Positions 39,075 through 49,039 of a DNA stretch of 64,000 nucleotides are shown piece after piece. Source of the DNA: Bdellovibrionales bacterium (GTDB taxonomy: Bacteria; Bdellovibrionota; Bdellovibrionia; Bdellovibrionales; UBA1609); contig OZ241329.1 of NCBI GenBank assembly GCA_965199825.1, positions 1,504,001 to 1,568,000 of the forward strand, in the 5' to 3' direction. Made by a program: the position numbers and the translations under genes. The notes beneath the pieces are model-generated. The model made no database searches. It was not told the DNA's origin and was given only the letters and a program-made list of their open reading frames with translations. Position 1 is the first letter of the stretch. Every line of letters begins with the position of its first letter.

Positions 39075-39974
39075 TTAAAGAGCCACAACAGTTCGATTGC
39101 GACCCAAACGTTTGGCCTCAAGCAAAGCCTGATCAGCGCGGCCAATCAATTGCGAGGGTGATTTTGCTTGTTCCGGAAAACAAGCCACACCAAGGCTACA
39201 GGTCAAATACTCTGCGGTGCTGAGCGAAGTGATAAAGGGATGTTGGCTCAAAGATTCGCGAAGTTCTTCGGCCCGCTCTAAACCTTTTTTTAAATTTAAA
39301 GTGGGAAGTAAAATCGCAAACTCTTCGCCGCCGTAGCGCGATACCGATTCTCCAGGTTGAGTGGTTTGTGCCAGCAAGCGCGCTAAATGCTGCAACACCT
39401 GATCTCCCTGAGGGTGACCATATTTGTCGTTAAAATGTTTAAAATAATCAACGTCAGCCATGATTAGCGATACCATCGTTCCCTTTTCGCAAAGGGTTTT
39501 GAGGTGATTTTGAAAATATCGATGATTGGTTAATCCGGTGACAGGATCGGTCACCGAGAGCGAGCGGAATTCTTCGCGCGAAGCGAGCAATTGGTGAGTT
39601 TGAAGTGCTTCAAGCATTTGGATGCGCAGATATTCATTTTCCCATGGCTTTAATAAAAAGCGATGAATCTCTGCCCCGTTTAAGGCTTCAACCATTTGGC
39701 GAAGATCCATCTGGCCTGATAAAATGGCTCGCACCGCAAGAGGGCAAATTACTTTGGCTTGCCTTAAAAAGTCGACGCCGTTTTGACCCGGCATGCGGTA
39801 ATCCGAAAGAACAACCGCGAGGTCTGGCTCGCGGTGAAGCACCGCAATCCCTTCGATCGCATTTGCGGCGAGTCGAACATCAAAATCCTCGCGCAGCAGC
39901 CGCTCAAGAGCATTTCTCACACCCTCTTCGTCATCGACGCACAATATTTTCGGTTTAACTTTGCCATCTGCCAT
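39075..39974 (-). CDS. Response-regulator diguanylate cyclase (REC-GGDEF)
   Basis: CVDDE, SDYRMP, KPW; DVDYFK..NDKYGH..GD, RYGGEEF. Confidence 0.93.
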   Translation of the reverse strand: MADGKVKPKILCVDDEEGVRNALERLLREDFDVRLAANAIEGIAVLHREPDLAVVLSDYRMPGQNGVDFLRQAKVICPLAVRAILSGQMDLRQMVEALNGAEIHRFLLKPWENEYLRIQMLEALQTHQLLASREEFRSLSVTDPVTGLTNHRYFQNHLKTLCEKGTMVSLIMADVDYFKHFNDKYGHPQGDQVLQHLARLLAQTTQPGESVSRYGGEEFAILLPTLNLKKGLERAEELRESLSQHPFITSLSTAEYLTCSLGVACFPEQAKSPSQLIGRADQALLEAKRLGRNRTVVAL

Positions 39975-40006
39975 AAATCTAGAAGTAGAATAAATGAGAA
40001 CAAAAC

Positions 40007-41404
40007 ATGAGTATACTTTTACTTTACCTCTTCAGCCTGAATGCCTTTAGTTTTGATATCTCTCATGAGGTGTCAAAACTCCATTTGCAAAGTGGTGATC
40101 TCTCACTTTATGCGGTCAGCAAAAAAGAAGTGCTGATCGATCTCAATTCAAAAAAATTGATGACGCCAGCAAGCGTAACCAAATTGATCACGGCCTCTGC
40201 GGTCTTACACGCTCTTGGGCCCTCGACCAAGTTGACCACCGAATTGCTTTCCTCGGCCCAAATTGAAGAGACGATTTTAAAGGGTGATATTTATCTCCAT
40301 GGTGGGGGTGATCCCAGTTTTGTTTCCGAAAGCATGTGGTTTTTGGTCAACGAACTCACACGCACCCAAATAACAAAAATTGAGGGCGACATTGTTGTTG
40401 ATGACACTTTGTTTGATGCGGTCCGTTTTGATTCGGGTCGAGAAAAAGTGCGCAATGACCGCGCTTATGATGCGCCCATTGGGGCAATGTCGATGAACTG
40501 GAATGCGGTCAATGTGTTCGTGAGACCGGCCAAAAAAGTGGGTGAGCCTGCTTTGGTTTTTGCCGATCCCGAAACATCTTATATTCAGATTAAAAATGAG
40601 AGCAAAACAGTTTCGGGCAATAAGGCTGATGTGTTTGTTTCGCGCAAAGGTAAAATTCTCGAAGACGAAGACAGCGTTGGCTTTGGCGATGCGATTGTGA
40701 TCAGCGGCAAAATCGGAATTGAAGCAAACGAAAAAGTGATTTTCAAGAATATCTCACAGCCCGATCTTTGGAGTGGCGCCAACTTGCAGGCATTTTTAAA
40801 AGCTCGCGGGATCTCAATCACTGGTCGAGTGCGCGCCGGAAAAACTCCACCGGGTGCAAAAACGCTCGCCCGTTTTGAAAGTAAACCGTTAACCCAAATG
40901 ATTAGCGATATGCTCAAGTTTTCGAATAATTTTGTGGCCGAGATGTTGACCAAACAGCTTGCGCTTAAAAAAGGAATTGTGCCGGCGACTCTTGTATCGG
41001 GCCTTGAGGATATCAGAATCTATTTACATTTCTTGGGATTTAAAGATGATGCGATCAAAATCGAAAACCCTTCGGGGTTTAGTCGCCAAAATAAAATATC
41101 GGCCTTAAGTCTGACCAACGTCTTACTCAAAGTTCAAAATGATTTTAAAATTTTTCCCGAACTCTTTGCCGCTTTGCCCATTAGTGGCCGCGACGGCACT
41201 CTCAAAAACAGAATGAAGGGTCTAGCCGAAAAAGTTCGGGCAAAAACTGGATATATGACCGGTATAGCTGCACTTGCGGGCTTTGTGGATCGCGGCGAGA
41301 ATGAAGGTGTGACATTCGCATTTTTATTTAATGGACCCGCTGACAAAGCTGACGAAGCAAAGACATTGATGGATCGTCTTTGCGAAAAGCTAGCATCGAA
41401 ATGA
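40007..41404 (+). CDS. dacB: D-Ala-D-Ala carboxypeptidase/endopeptidase (PBP4, S13)
   Basis: PASVTK (SxxK), GGGDP, SNN, KTG. Confidence 0.93.
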   Translation: MSILLLYLFSLNAFSFDISHEVSKLHLQSGDLSLYAVSKKEVLIDLNSKKLMTPASVTKLITASAVLHALGPSTKLTTELLSSAQIEETILKGDIYLHGGGDPSFVSESMWFLVNELTRTQITKIEGDIVVDDTLFDAVRFDSGREKVRNDRAYDAPIGAMSMNWNAVNVFVRPAKKVGEPALVFADPETSYIQIKNESKTVSGNKADVFVSRKGKILEDEDSVGFGDAIVISGKIGIEANEKVIFKNISQPDLWSGANLQAFLKARGISITGRVRAGKTPPGAKTLARFESKPLTQMISDMLKFSNNFVAEMLTKQLALKKGIVPATLVSGLEDIRIYLHFLGFKDDAIKIENPSGFSRQNKISALSLTNVLLKVQNDFKIFPELFAALPISGRDGTLKNRMKGLAEKVRAKTGYMTGIAALAGFVDRGENEGVTFAFLFNGPADKADEAKTLMDRLCEKLASK

Positions 41405-41408
41405 GTTT

Positions 41409-42701
41409 ATGATTATTGCCGTGCTTCTTGGTTTGGCATTTGCGGCTGAGTATACACCTGTTTTATTTACCGACATGAATAGCGACTCTGCGGCCTTTCG
41501 GCCATTGATGGGATCAACCCCCTGGCAGCCGCCGGACTATTCCAAACAACCTGGCGCCTTGGGCTATGGAGCAAACACTTTTCAAATTCCACCGGGAATG
41601 GAAGATCGGGTTCAATTTTGGAAAGAGATTTATGTTCGCTACACCACCGACCAAGGTCTGTTTCACGATAGTCTATATACCAATGTGATGTATGAGCCTG
41701 TCGATTTTGGCGAGATTATGAAAAATTCGAGTTTGAATCTCGCCCAAAAAGAAAAAGCGCGAAGAGCATTTATGGAATCCATTCGCTCATCCATTCGCGA
41801 ACGACTTGTTCGCCTCCAATCTTTAAAAAACAGCAGTGGCCTTGAGGGTGAGGATCTGCGCTACTGGAAGATGTTTGAAAAAATTAACGATCCCGACAAG
41901 TTCAAGTCGGCAAGCGAAGAGGGCCGGCTGCGATTTCAGCTCGGCCAAAAAGATCGATTTATCCAAGGCATTTTTCAGAGTGGGCGCTACCTTTCGCAGA
42001 TGGAACAAATCTTTCGTGAAGAAGGTGTGCCTATCGAACTCACTCGGCTGCCCTTTGTTGAAAGCTCATTTAATCTCAAAGCACGCTCGCGTGTGGGCGC
42101 AAGTGGAGTTTGGCAGTTTATGAAATCTGCGGCTAAACAATATTTGCATATGAGTCTTGCTCTTGATGAACGAAACGATCCTTTAAAGGCCACACGAGCG
42201 GCAGCAAAAAAATTGAGATTCAATTTTCAGATGCTCCAAACCTGGCCCTTGGCGGTCACCGCCTACAATCGGGGACCCTCCGGTGTGAAGCGATTAGTTG
42301 ACGCCAACAAAACCAAGAATCTTTCCGAGCTTTTGAATGTGCGAACCGGTCGGTTTGGTTTTGCATCAGCAAGTTTTTATGCGAGCTTTCTTGCGGCCCT
42401 TGAGACCGAGGCCGAAGCCATCACCCATTACGGAATGATTTATCGAATGTCGGAAATGAAGGGTGGAGATATTGTTCTTAAAAAACCGCTGAATGCCCCA
42501 TTTTTGTTGGGACTTTTTTACGACAACTCCGATATGGCCAGAGACTATAATCCGCATCTGTCGGAGCGATTTTGGAAAAGTAAGACCAATCTGCCGCCAA
42601 AATCATTTATACGTGTGCCACTCGAAAAATATGACGAAGCCCTCGCGGCTCTCGCCCATCCCAACAAAATTCCGATTCGCACCACCACCTCGGCAAGGTA
42701 A
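41409..42701 (+). CDS. Lytic transglycosylase (SLT/MltD-like)
   Basis: LPFVESSF, GASGVWQF, DERNDP, TAYN. Confidence 0.9.
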   Translation: MIIAVLLGLAFAAEYTPVLFTDMNSDSAAFRPLMGSTPWQPPDYSKQPGALGYGANTFQIPPGMEDRVQFWKEIYVRYTTDQGLFHDSLYTNVMYEPVDFGEIMKNSSLNLAQKEKARRAFMESIRSSIRERLVRLQSLKNSSGLEGEDLRYWKMFEKINDPDKFKSASEEGRLRFQLGQKDRFIQGIFQSGRYLSQMEQIFREEGVPIELTRLPFVESSFNLKARSRVGASGVWQFMKSAAKQYLHMSLALDERNDPLKATRAAAKKLRFNFQMLQTWPLAVTAYNRGPSGVKRLVDANKTKNLSELLNVRTGRFGFASASFYASFLAALETEAEAITHYGMIYRMSEMKGGDIVLKKPLNAPFLLGLFYDNSDMARDYNPHLSERFWKSKTNLPPKSFIRVPLEKYDEALAALAHPNKIPIRTTTSAR

Positions 42702-42716
42702 GGCATCCAGATTGCT
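42701..42716 (+). promoter_or_regulatory. Possible sigma-54 promoter of ku
   Basis: AGGCATCCAGATTGCT fits GG-N10-GC, but lies very close to ATG 42730. Confidence 0.4.
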
Positions 42717-42729
42717 TTAATCAGAGATT

Positions 42730-43614
42730 ATGGCAAAAAAAAAGACAGCTAAAAAATCAGGTGGAAAAAAGATCAATCATCGCGGGCTCTGGAGTGGCTC
42801 CATTTCGTTTGGATTGGTCAATGTTCCGGTCGAACTCTACTCGGCCAAAGACGGCGAGCAATTAAAATTCAATATGCTCGATCGCCGTGATCATGCGCGG
42901 ATTGGTTATAAACAAATCAACAAATCGACCAAAAAAGAGATTGCGCGCTCAGATATTGTTAAAGGCTATGAGTATGAAAAAGATCAATATGTGATCATCA
43001 CCGATGAAGATTTTAAGCGAGCCAATGTGAAAGCGACCCAAACTATTGAGATCGAAGATTTTGTTCAGCTTTCCGAAATCGATGTGCTTTATTTTGAAAC
43101 CCCTTATTACGTGGTTCCAAAAAAAGGTGGTGAAAAGGGCTACAGTCTTTTGCGCCAAGTTTTAGAAAAGGGCGAAAAAGCGGGCGTCGGTAAAATTGTG
43201 ATTCACCAAAAGCAACATCTCGGAGCCCTTATCGTTCGCGATAATTATATTGTTTTTGAAATTTTGCGGTTTGCCGATCAAGTTTTAGCATTGAAAAAGG
43301 GCGATGTCTTAGGACACGACATTGCGGAGGCCAAAATCTCCTCTCGTGAAATGCAAATTGCCGAGCAATTGGTCGAGAGCCTCACTTCAAAGTGGGATCC
43401 CGAAAAATATCGCGACACCTATCATGATGATATTTTAAAACTGATAAATAAAAAAATTAAAACCGGCAAGACCACCACCGCATTGACCGAAGAGGATCAA
43501 GCAGTCGAAGAGGATCAATCAAGTTCAACATCGAATGTTGTGGATCTTTCAAGCCTACTCAAAAAAAGTTTGGCTAAAGCTGCTGGTGCCCGAAAAACCA
43601 AAAAACAGGCTTAA
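42730..43614 (+). CDS. ku: Ku protein (NHEJ)
   Basis: WSGSISFGLVNVPV, IVKGYEYEK, PYY..P, Y.D.Y. Confidence 0.95.
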   Translation: MAKKKTAKKSGGKKINHRGLWSGSISFGLVNVPVELYSAKDGEQLKFNMLDRRDHARIGYKQINKSTKKEIARSDIVKGYEYEKDQYVIITDEDFKRANVKATQTIEIEDFVQLSEIDVLYFETPYYVVPKKGGEKGYSLLRQVLEKGEKAGVGKIVIHQKQHLGALIVRDNYIVFEILRFADQVLALKKGDVLGHDIAEAKISSREMQIAEQLVESLTSKWDPEKYRDTYHDDILKLINKKIKTGKTTTALTEEDQAVEEDQSSSTSNVVDLSSLLKKSLAKAAGARKTKKQA

Positions 43615-44399
43615 AGAATTTGGATGGAGTAGCCGGCGGCAATTAAAACCAAAATTGTTCCGCCAAGCAGAATGCGGTAAATTCCAAAGACTTTAAGCCC
43701 ATGCTTTGAAACGTAATCGATAAAAAATCGAATCGCAAAAAGACCCACAACAAAGCTCAAAAGATTTCCCAGCACCAAAATTTTTAATCCATCGCTGGGC
43801 AAATGTGAGGCAAGTTTTAAGGTTTTGATTAAGGTCGCTCCGGTTAGGGTGGGTACGGCTAACAAAAAAGAAAATTCAGCAGCCGATCGGCGGTTGAGCC
43901 CCGCTTTTAATCCGGCAAGAAGTGTTGCAGCACTGCGCGAGACGCCTGGAATAAAGGCAACACACTGACAAAATCCAATAAATAAGCTTTGTTTTGATGA
44001 AAGGGTCTCTACAGTTTGCGACTTTTCGGTGCGCTTGAAATAGGAGTCGGTCACTACGAGTATCACTCCACCGAGAATCAGCGACCATGCGACCACCCGA
44101 ACATCATCGAGCAGTAAATCGATTTTATTTTTGACCAACAAACCGATAACGGCTGCGGGTAAAAATGCGATGATTAATTTTTTATAAAGTTCAATGCTGA
44201 CCAAGAATTTTCGCCAGTACAAAACCACAACCGAGAGGATTGCGCCGAATTGCACAATCACGGTGTAGCCTTTTACAAAATCATCATTTTGGATACCCAT
44301 CAATGCCGAGGTCAAAATTAAGTGACCTGTTGAGGAAATGGGTAAGTATTCGGTTAATCCTTCAACCACCGCCAAAATAAGAGATTGCAGCAGTGTCAT
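43611..44399 (-). CDS. uppP: Undecaprenyl-diphosphate phosphatase
   Basis: EGLTEYLPISSTGHL, PGVSRS, AAEFSFLL. Confidence 0.95.
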   Translation of the reverse strand: MTLLQSLILAVVEGLTEYLPISSTGHLILTSALMGIQNDDFVKGYTVIVQFGAILSVVVLYWRKFLVSIELYKKLIIAFLPAAVIGLLVKNKIDLLLDDVRVVAWSLILGGVILVVTDSYFKRTEKSQTVETLSSKQSLFIGFCQCVAFIPGVSRSAATLLAGLKAGLNRRSAAEFSFLLAVPTLTGATLIKTLKLASHLPSDGLKILVLGNLLSFVVGLFAIRFFIDYVSKHGLKVFGIYRILLGGTILVLIAAGYSIQIL

Positions 44400-44920
44400 C
44401 AGTTAATGTTTTGCACTTGGGCGATATAGGGAAGATTGCGGTAAAGACCTTGGTAATCAAGCCCATATCCCACAACAAAATCATTGGCGATTTCGAAACC
44501 CACTTCGTCTAATTCACAAGCCACTTTAAGAGCGTGGGGTTTTAGAAGAAGAGTCAGTGTGGTGAGCGATTTTGGCTCGCGCAATTGAAGATGAGATTTT
44601 AAAAAATTCATTGTTAAACCGGTATCCACAATATCTTCGATCAAAACCACATCTTTGCCAGCGATGGCTGCGGTGAGATCCATGGTGATCTTCACTTCGC
44701 CAGAAGAGTTCATGGTGTTGCCATAACTTGAGCATCCGATAAATTCGCAAGCCACATCGGCTTCGAGTTCGCGAATCAAATCGGCATAAAAAATAAATGA
44801 ACCTTTTAAGACACAGACCGCAACAACTTTGGAGCTCTTCATTTTTTTATTTAAAGAGGCGCCCATTTCGCGTACCCGTTTTTTGATTTGTTCTTCGGTA
44901 ATCAAAGGATTCAAATTCAT
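44399..44920 (-). CDS. hpt: Hypoxanthine phosphoribosyltransferase
   Basis: VLKGSF.F.ADL, IEDIVDTGLT, FVVGYGLD. Confidence 0.95.
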   Translation of the reverse strand: MNLNPLITEEQIKKRVREMGASLNKKMKSSKVVAVCVLKGSFIFYADLIRELEADVACEFIGCSSYGNTMNSSGEVKITMDLTAAIAGKDVVLIEDIVDTGLTMNFLKSHLQLREPKSLTTLTLLLKPHALKVACELDEVGFEIANDFVVGYGLDYQGLYRNLPYIAQVQNIN

Positions 44921-45015
44921 TGCAATCACAATTGCTCCTTTCGAAGGAGCAATCAATATCAGATTCTCCTTTAAAGATTCGAAGTCTGCCGCAGCCCCTT
45001 ATTCAAATCAAGGCT

Positions 45016-45927
45016 CTAGTGAAACTGCAAAATAAAAACGACTTCGTTTAAATTTTGCTGAAATGCGGTGGATCCCAAAACCGCAAAGGGTGTCTTTGCC
45101 AAATCGGCCGGCTGCGCGGGTATGGCAATGCCATTTGGAATCAGACCAATCACCATAATCGATTGATCTGGCGAGCTCACCACCGTTTCATCCATTCTTA
45201 AAGTGAGCGGTTGAGACTCATTGGATTTTTGAAAGCCGATCAACTGAGCTGTGAGATGAGTCGAAAAATTTTGTTCAACCGGATGGGCCATGGGCTGACC
45301 CACGTCAAACTTCAAACCCACTTCACTGCTCCGAGCGGGAAGAATAAATTGAAAGTGCGAATCCTTAAATGGAACAAGTTGTGCCGAGCCCGGAAGTTCG
45401 CGCACGCGCTGAAGGATTTTAAGCTTTTCGGAATCTACCGTAAACACTTGCAGGGTGGGTAGGACCGAAACACTATGAGCCTCGCGCAATAAACTAGCCA
45501 GAATGTCTTTTGAAACTTCAAAAAAGAGAGCATCCACTGTGTCGGGTAATTTCACTGTTGAATGCACACTGGGCGGAGTTTCCTCGGTGACCGAAGGAAG
45601 ATCTTCGTATTCGGGCTCATCAGAAATATCTTCCACATGACTCACTGTTTTAATAGGCGTCGTTTGGGTTTGTGGTTGAGCTTGCAGCGGAGCTTGAGAT
45701 GTCACAGGGATCATGGGGGCATCAATAATTTTTGTTTGTCTGTGGAATAAGAAATAAATAAAAAGGATGACGATTGCCAAAGACAATGAGGCCTGAAACA
45801 GCGGAGATCTAAAAACTCGCAATAGAATTGGACGCTTTTTTGGCGTGAAGTTTTGGATGTCTAATCCACAACTTGCGCAGTAGCGATCCGAAGGCTGAAT
45901 AAATCCACACCGAGGACATTCAATCAT
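45016..45927 (-). CDS. Zinc-ribbon, single-TM hypothetical protein
   Basis: MIECPRCG..YCASCG followed by a TM helix and a low-complexity linker. Confidence 0.65.
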   Translation of the reverse strand: MIECPRCGFIQPSDRYCASCGLDIQNFTPKKRPILLRVFRSPLFQASLSLAIVILFIYFLFHRQTKIIDAPMIPVTSQAPLQAQPQTQTTPIKTVSHVEDISDEPEYEDLPSVTEETPPSVHSTVKLPDTVDALFFEVSKDILASLLREAHSVSVLPTLQVFTVDSEKLKILQRVRELPGSAQLVPFKDSHFQFILPARSSEVGLKFDVGQPMAHPVEQNFSTHLTAQLIGFQKSNESQPLTLRMDETVVSSPDQSIMVIGLIPNGIAIPAQPADLAKTPFAVLGSTAFQQNLNEVVFILQFH

Positions 45928-45955
45928 TGAAAAAAATCGTAGCAGCAATAGTGAC

Positions 45956-46837
45956 TTGACGCAAACACCCCTGTCACTCCACATTGAGCGCGTGCATATA
46001 CCAGTTTTGTTGGAAGACGTTTTACAGTTTTGTGCTATTGAGCCGCAAACTTTGCTTGATGCGACTTTTGGTCGCGGCGGCCATACCAGAGCTCTTCTTG
46101 ATAAATTTCCCGATCTCAAAGTTGTGGGTTTAGATCGAGATTTAGCAGCTATCAAATTTGGTCAAAGCCACTTTCCACAAGTTGAATTTGTTCATACCGA
46201 TTTTCTTAATTTTAAAACCGATCAGACTTTTGATTTGATCTTACTTGATCTTGGTGTGAGCTCTCCTCAGCTTGATGAAGCCCATCGCGGTTTTAGTTTT
46301 TATCACAGTGGTCCACTCGATATGCGAATGGACAGCTCACAAGGTATCACCGCTGCAGAAGTGGTGAACACCTATGACGAGCAGGCCCTCAAGGATTTAT
46401 TTTTTCATCTCGGTGAAGTTCGTAAACCTGCGCGGGTGGTCCAGCGTATTTTAGAGCATCGACCATTTACCACGACCACACAGTTGAGTGAGTTGATCGA
46501 AAAGACCGAAGGGTGGAGGCGGCGTGGACAACATCCGGCCACCCAATATTTTCTAGCCCTTCGTCTAGAGGTGAATCAAGAACTCAAGCAAGTGGAGCTC
46601 GCGGTGCCCGCTCTGGTCGAAAAATTAAACGACCAAGGTCGTATTTTGGTTATCACCTTTCACTCACTTGAAGACCGTATCGTAAAATATATTTTTCGTA
46701 ATTCGGTACTTGGACGGCCAGTAAATAAAAAGGTGGTTCAGGCCAAGTGGAGCGAACAAAAGATTAATCCTCGGGCAAGAAGTGCTAAGCTAAGGGTCTT
46801 TGAGAGGAGATTTGATCATGAAGAGACAACGCCTTAA
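45956..46837 (+). CDS. rsmH: 16S rRNA m4C1402 methyltransferase
   Basis: HIPVLL, DATFGRGGH, DLGVSSPQLD, FHSLEDR, NPRARSAKLR; start could be GTG 45992. Confidence 0.96.
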   Translation: MTQTPLSLHIERVHIPVLLEDVLQFCAIEPQTLLDATFGRGGHTRALLDKFPDLKVVGLDRDLAAIKFGQSHFPQVEFVHTDFLNFKTDQTFDLILLDLGVSSPQLDEAHRGFSFYHSGPLDMRMDSSQGITAAEVVNTYDEQALKDLFFHLGEVRKPARVVQRILEHRPFTTTTQLSELIEKTEGWRRRGQHPATQYFLALRLEVNQELKQVELAVPALVEKLNDQGRILVITFHSLEDRIVKYIFRNSVLGRPVNKKVVQAKWSEQKINPRARSAKLRVFERRFDHEETTP

Positions 46838-47117
46838 AGATCTTGAACCGTTTTTGAGTTTACTGTTTGTGGTGGCCACGCTTTTTTCATTCGTATTTGT
46901 AAAAATTGAGCTGCGTCGCATGGGCTATGCGGTTTTAAAAGAAACTCGCCAATATAAATTATTGCGGGATGAGCACCGCAGTCTCACCATCGAATATGCC
47001 AAGCGAACAACTCCTGAGCGTGTGCAACACATTGCGGTCAATCAGCTGACAATGAATCGTGCAAAAATGGGCCAGATCATTCAACTCACAGGGCAAAGGT
47101 TAGCTGTTCCACAATGA
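46818..47117 (+). CDS. ftsL: Cell division protein FtsL-like
   Basis: Between rsmH and ftsI; TM plus coiled coil plus PERV..IA..L.M. Confidence 0.75.
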   Translation: MKRQRLKDLEPFLSLLFVVATLFSFVFVKIELRRMGYAVLKETRQYKLLRDEHRSLTIEYAKRTTPERVQHIAVNQLTMNRAKMGQIIQLTGQRLAVPQ

Positions 47118-49039
47118 AGAATCGCATTGCGGTTGTCTTTTTATTTGTCTCGATCTGTTGGAGTCTTTTATTTTTGCGCGGAATGTTTGTTCAAATCTGG
47201 CCACAAAAGCGTTTGAACGAATTAAAATCTCGATTGTTCGAAACCACAATCGAGATTCCGGCACGACGTGGGCTGATCCTTGACCGCGATGGAAAAGAAC
47301 TCGCGGTCAGTGTTAATGGTCATGGTTTATTTGCAGATCCCCATCTGATTCCTAATCGCAAAGTGGTGGCGCCAAAGATCGCCAAACTTTTAAAAATTTC
47401 TAAAACCGAAGTTTTGCAAAAATTAAAAGACACATCAAAACGTTTTATCTGGCTCAAACGGGGTTTGAGTGATGAGCAAAAATTTGCGGTGGAACAGCTC
47501 AAAATTCGCGGTCTTGGTTTTATCGAAGAACCAAGGCGTGTGTATCCTCAAGATCATTTGGCTTCGCAAATTTTGGGATTTGTTGGTGCAGACGGACGAG
47601 GGCTCGAAGGTTTAGAACTGCAACTCGATGAAAAATTGCGGGGTCAATCTCGCCGTGTGCTTTTGCCGCGCGATGCTCGTGGTCGGCCCTTGCTCCAAGA
47701 TGGTCACGCGCTGACCGATGTGCCCGATGGCTCAAGTGTCACGCTCACTCTAGATTCCGAGCTTCAGTACGCTTTAGAAAGTGAACTCGAAACCGCAACA
47801 CGGCTTCATAAAGCAAAAGGTGCGGTGGGTGTGGTCCTTGATGCCCAAACTTCAGAAATTTTGGCTTTAGCCCATGTTCCCTTGGTGGATTCAAATCACG
47901 CATTTAAGGAAAATCCCGAAGATCGGCGCGGCCGTGCGGTGACCGATGCGTTCGAACCGGGAAGCACCTTAAAGCCTTTTGTAATTGCGGCTGCTCTCCA
48001 TGAGAGAACAATTAAGCCTGGAACAAAAATTGATTGTGAGGGCGGAAAATTGAGCGTGGGTGGACATCTGATCACCGAAGCCGAGGCCACTCATCAATTT
48101 CGTGTTCTCACGGTCAGTGAAATTTTAGCCGCAAGTTCAAATGTCGGCATGGCAAAAATTGGCTTAGGGCTTGGAGCCGAGCGCTTAAGAAATTTTTTGG
48201 ATTTATTTGGATTTGGTCATTCTACCGGTGTTGAATTTCCGGGTGAATCAAGAGGTGTTTTGTTGCCGCTACCCTGGCGGCCACATCTTTTGAGTAATAT
48301 TGCATTTGGCCAAGGCATCACGGTAACGCCTCTTCAATTGGCTCAAGCCTATGCTGCAATTGCCAACGGTGGATTTTTGCGCAAACCCTCGATCATCAAG
48401 TCGGTGCAAAATTTCGAGCGCGGCGAAGTGTTGGATTTTAAATTGCCACAAAGTATTCGCGTACTCACTCCGCAAGAGGCTTCGATTCTCACCTATATGC
48501 TCACCTCGGCAACAAGTGCACAAGGCACCGGATTTAATGCGCGCATTCCTGGATTTCCGGTGGCGGGTAAAACCGGAACTGCACAAAAAATTGATGCGGG
48601 CCGTGGGCTTTACAAAAAAGATTCCTACATTGCAAGTTTTGCGGGTTTTGTTCCCGCACATGATCCGCGTTTTGTGATTTACATTGCGGTTGATGAACCA
48701 AAAAATGGCTACTATGCTTCACAAACGGCAGCGCCGGTATTTTCAAAAATTGCTCAGTATGCGGTACGCAAAAAAGGATTGATCCCTGTGCTTATCGAAA
48801 ACAAAAATGTATTGGCATCCGCCATCGAGCAGCCCCTGGTCAAAACTCCAGAGATGGCTCGCGGATTGGTGCCTCAATTTATGGGGCTGACCCTTCGCGA
48901 AGTTTATCAAAAATCATATGGTCTGCCGCTGCGATTTGATGTGCATGGATCAGGCGTGGTCGCACGCACCGTGCCCGAAGCCGGGCAAAGTTTGCCGCCA
49001 ACTGCAAGGGTCAAACTGATCTTACAGAAAACTGAGTAA
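47114..49039 (+). CDS. ftsI: PBP3 transpeptidase with C-terminal PASTA domain
   Basis: RGLILDR, EPGSTLK, SSN, GKTGTAQ. Confidence 0.93.
   Translation: MKNRIAVVFLFVSICWSLLFLRGMFVQIWPQKRLNELKSRLFETTIEIPARRGLILDRDGKELAVSVNGHGLFADPHLIPNRKVVAPKIAKLLKISKTEVLQKLKDTSKRFIWLKRGLSDEQKFAVEQLKIRGLGFIEEPRRVYPQDHLASQILGFVGADGRGLEGLELQLDEKLRGQSRRVLLPRDARGRPLLQDGHALTDVPDGSSVTLTLDSELQYALESELETATRLHKAKGAVGVVLDAQTSEILALAHVPLVDSNHAFKENPEDRRGRAVTDAFEPGSTLKPFVIAAALHERTIKPGTKIDCEGGKLSVGGHLITEAEATHQFRVLTVSEILAASSNVGMAKIGLGLGAERLRNFLDLFGFGHSTGVEFPGESRGVLLPLPWRPHLLSNIAFGQGITVTPLQLAQAYAAIANGGFLRKPSIIKSVQNFERGEVLDFKLPQSIRVLTPQEASILTYMLTSATSAQGTGFNARIPGFPVAGKTGTAQKIDAGRGLYKKDSYIASFAGFVPAHDPRFVIYIAVDEPKNGYYASQTAAPVFSKIAQYAVRKKGLIPVLIENKNVLASAIEQPLVKTPEMARGLVPQFMGLTLREVYQKSYGLPLRFDVHGSGVVARTVPEAGQSLPPTARVKLILQKTE

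Noticed and set aside
45928..46155. Upstream extensions of ORF-track calls (also 28819-28977, 50388-50474, 32701-32802)
   Set aside because: They overlap well-supported neighbouring genes; downstream starts fit family N-termini better.
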